A DNA stretch of 51,304 bases from Octopus bimaculoides (Eukaryota), in NCBI RefSeq assembly GCF_001194135.2, contig NC_068985.1, positions 67,978,737-68,030,040 of the forward strand. Direction: 5' to 3'. This document shows, one piece after another, positions 50,525-51,304 of the stretch. The notes beneath the pieces were generated by a model. The model made no database searches. It saw nothing but the letters and a program-made list of their open reading frames with translations, and was not told the DNA's origin. The translations under genes were made by a program, and so were the position numbers. How positions within the stretch are numbered: position 1 is the stretch's first letter; each line of letters begins with the position of its first letter.

Positions 50525-51140
50525 CAAAACTGTTTTTAGTCAATGTTGCTCTCAAGCAGCGAAGTTGCTGATATTAAAATAGTAATTGTTTAATTTGCCG
50601 TCCATGTTCATACTGATATTTTCTTTCAGCATCTCACCAAACAATCAATAATATTTTCTGTGGGTGGTTTCTTCACATGGTAGTGGTAAATGGTTTGGAT
50701 TTGAGCTTAGCTTCTCATCCGTTTCATATCTTTCAGTTAGACATTGGTTTAGCCTCCAGCGTTGCTCCATCCAATTAGGAATGATGCTGTCAACGAAGCT
50801 TATGTGGGAAATTGAATTTTTTCACACCTAAAAATTTCACAACGCTTTTTGCAGCTTTCTTTTCGATCAATTCATCTTAACTCTAAGCTTTTGAACATTT
50901 TTGGATGCTTCGCTGACATTAGAATCTCGTAAAATTTGTGAAGTATATGTTTTTGCTTGGATACCATATTATTTTGTTTTTCATATATAAAAAGTTAATA
51001 AACAAAATATGGTTGTTGTCATTTGGGAACTTTTCATGAAGTGATTATGCATCAGTGGATGCCAACGATATTTATAGCTTTTTCCACAAACAGGTTTCTA
51101 CGGGCTCAAAGACGTAGCTGGACTGAATTTCCTATACAAA
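49420..51140 (-). mobile_element. Probable decayed Helitron RepHel relic (PIF1-like helicase part), interrupted by (TATG)n
   Basis: Frameshifted minus-strand remnants in PIF1/Helitron order: IVYFEKTNVGE*TKF (Walker-A-like), LLRPNRKI/VIASNGATSLI, LTFKVP (cf. AVASSGIAATLL..HSxFKIP), FHKLYL; upstream LHEKFP. No intact motif. Confidence 0.4.
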
Positions 51141-51304
51141 CTGATATATAGTTATGTATTTATGTACGTATGTATAAATTTATGTATTTGTGAATAAAAT
51201 GTATATGTCCGCCGGAGTATATACGTGTAATATATGCATCTATATATGTATGTATGAATATTTATATATATATGTGTATGTCAATATACACACACACACA
51301 CACA

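Overview
AT-rich eukaryotic genomic DNA with nine N-gaps (about 2682-2700, 7407-8165, 8674-8683, 25966-26033, 30071-30376, 36149-36158, 40368-41244, 42178-42648, 48439-48448). Composition, microsatellite density and SINE families resemble an octopus/coleoid cephalopod; this is inference from recalled repeat families, not a database result. I find no convincing host protein-coding gene, rRNA, true tRNA or CRISPR array. Most supplied ORFs are N-run or microsatellite artefacts, or pieces of decayed transposons. The window is a nested transposon graveyard. It holds about nine R4/Dong-like RLE LINE pieces, a near-full-length decayed HERO-like element, a Tx1/L1 deletion derivative, RTE pieces, a Penelope-like end, a gypsy integrase fragment, Tc1/mariner relics, two foldback/MITE-like elements, a probable Helitron relic and several tRNA-derived SINEs. 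The most interesting signals are four. (1) A minimal Penelope-type hammerhead ribozyme fold with an unusual core at 21365-21419 (minus strand). (2) A second, decayed hammerhead on a non-coding element that sits in an inverted, TSD-flanked insertion inside a palindromic mariner MITE. (3) A ~560-bp non-coding element, seen five times, whose copies mostly keep the same (AAT)n-anchored 3' end. (4) (AAT)n tracts act as shared junctions for several unrelated retroelement classes. Element boundaries are by eye and approximate, usually within tens of bp, unless exact motifs are quoted.
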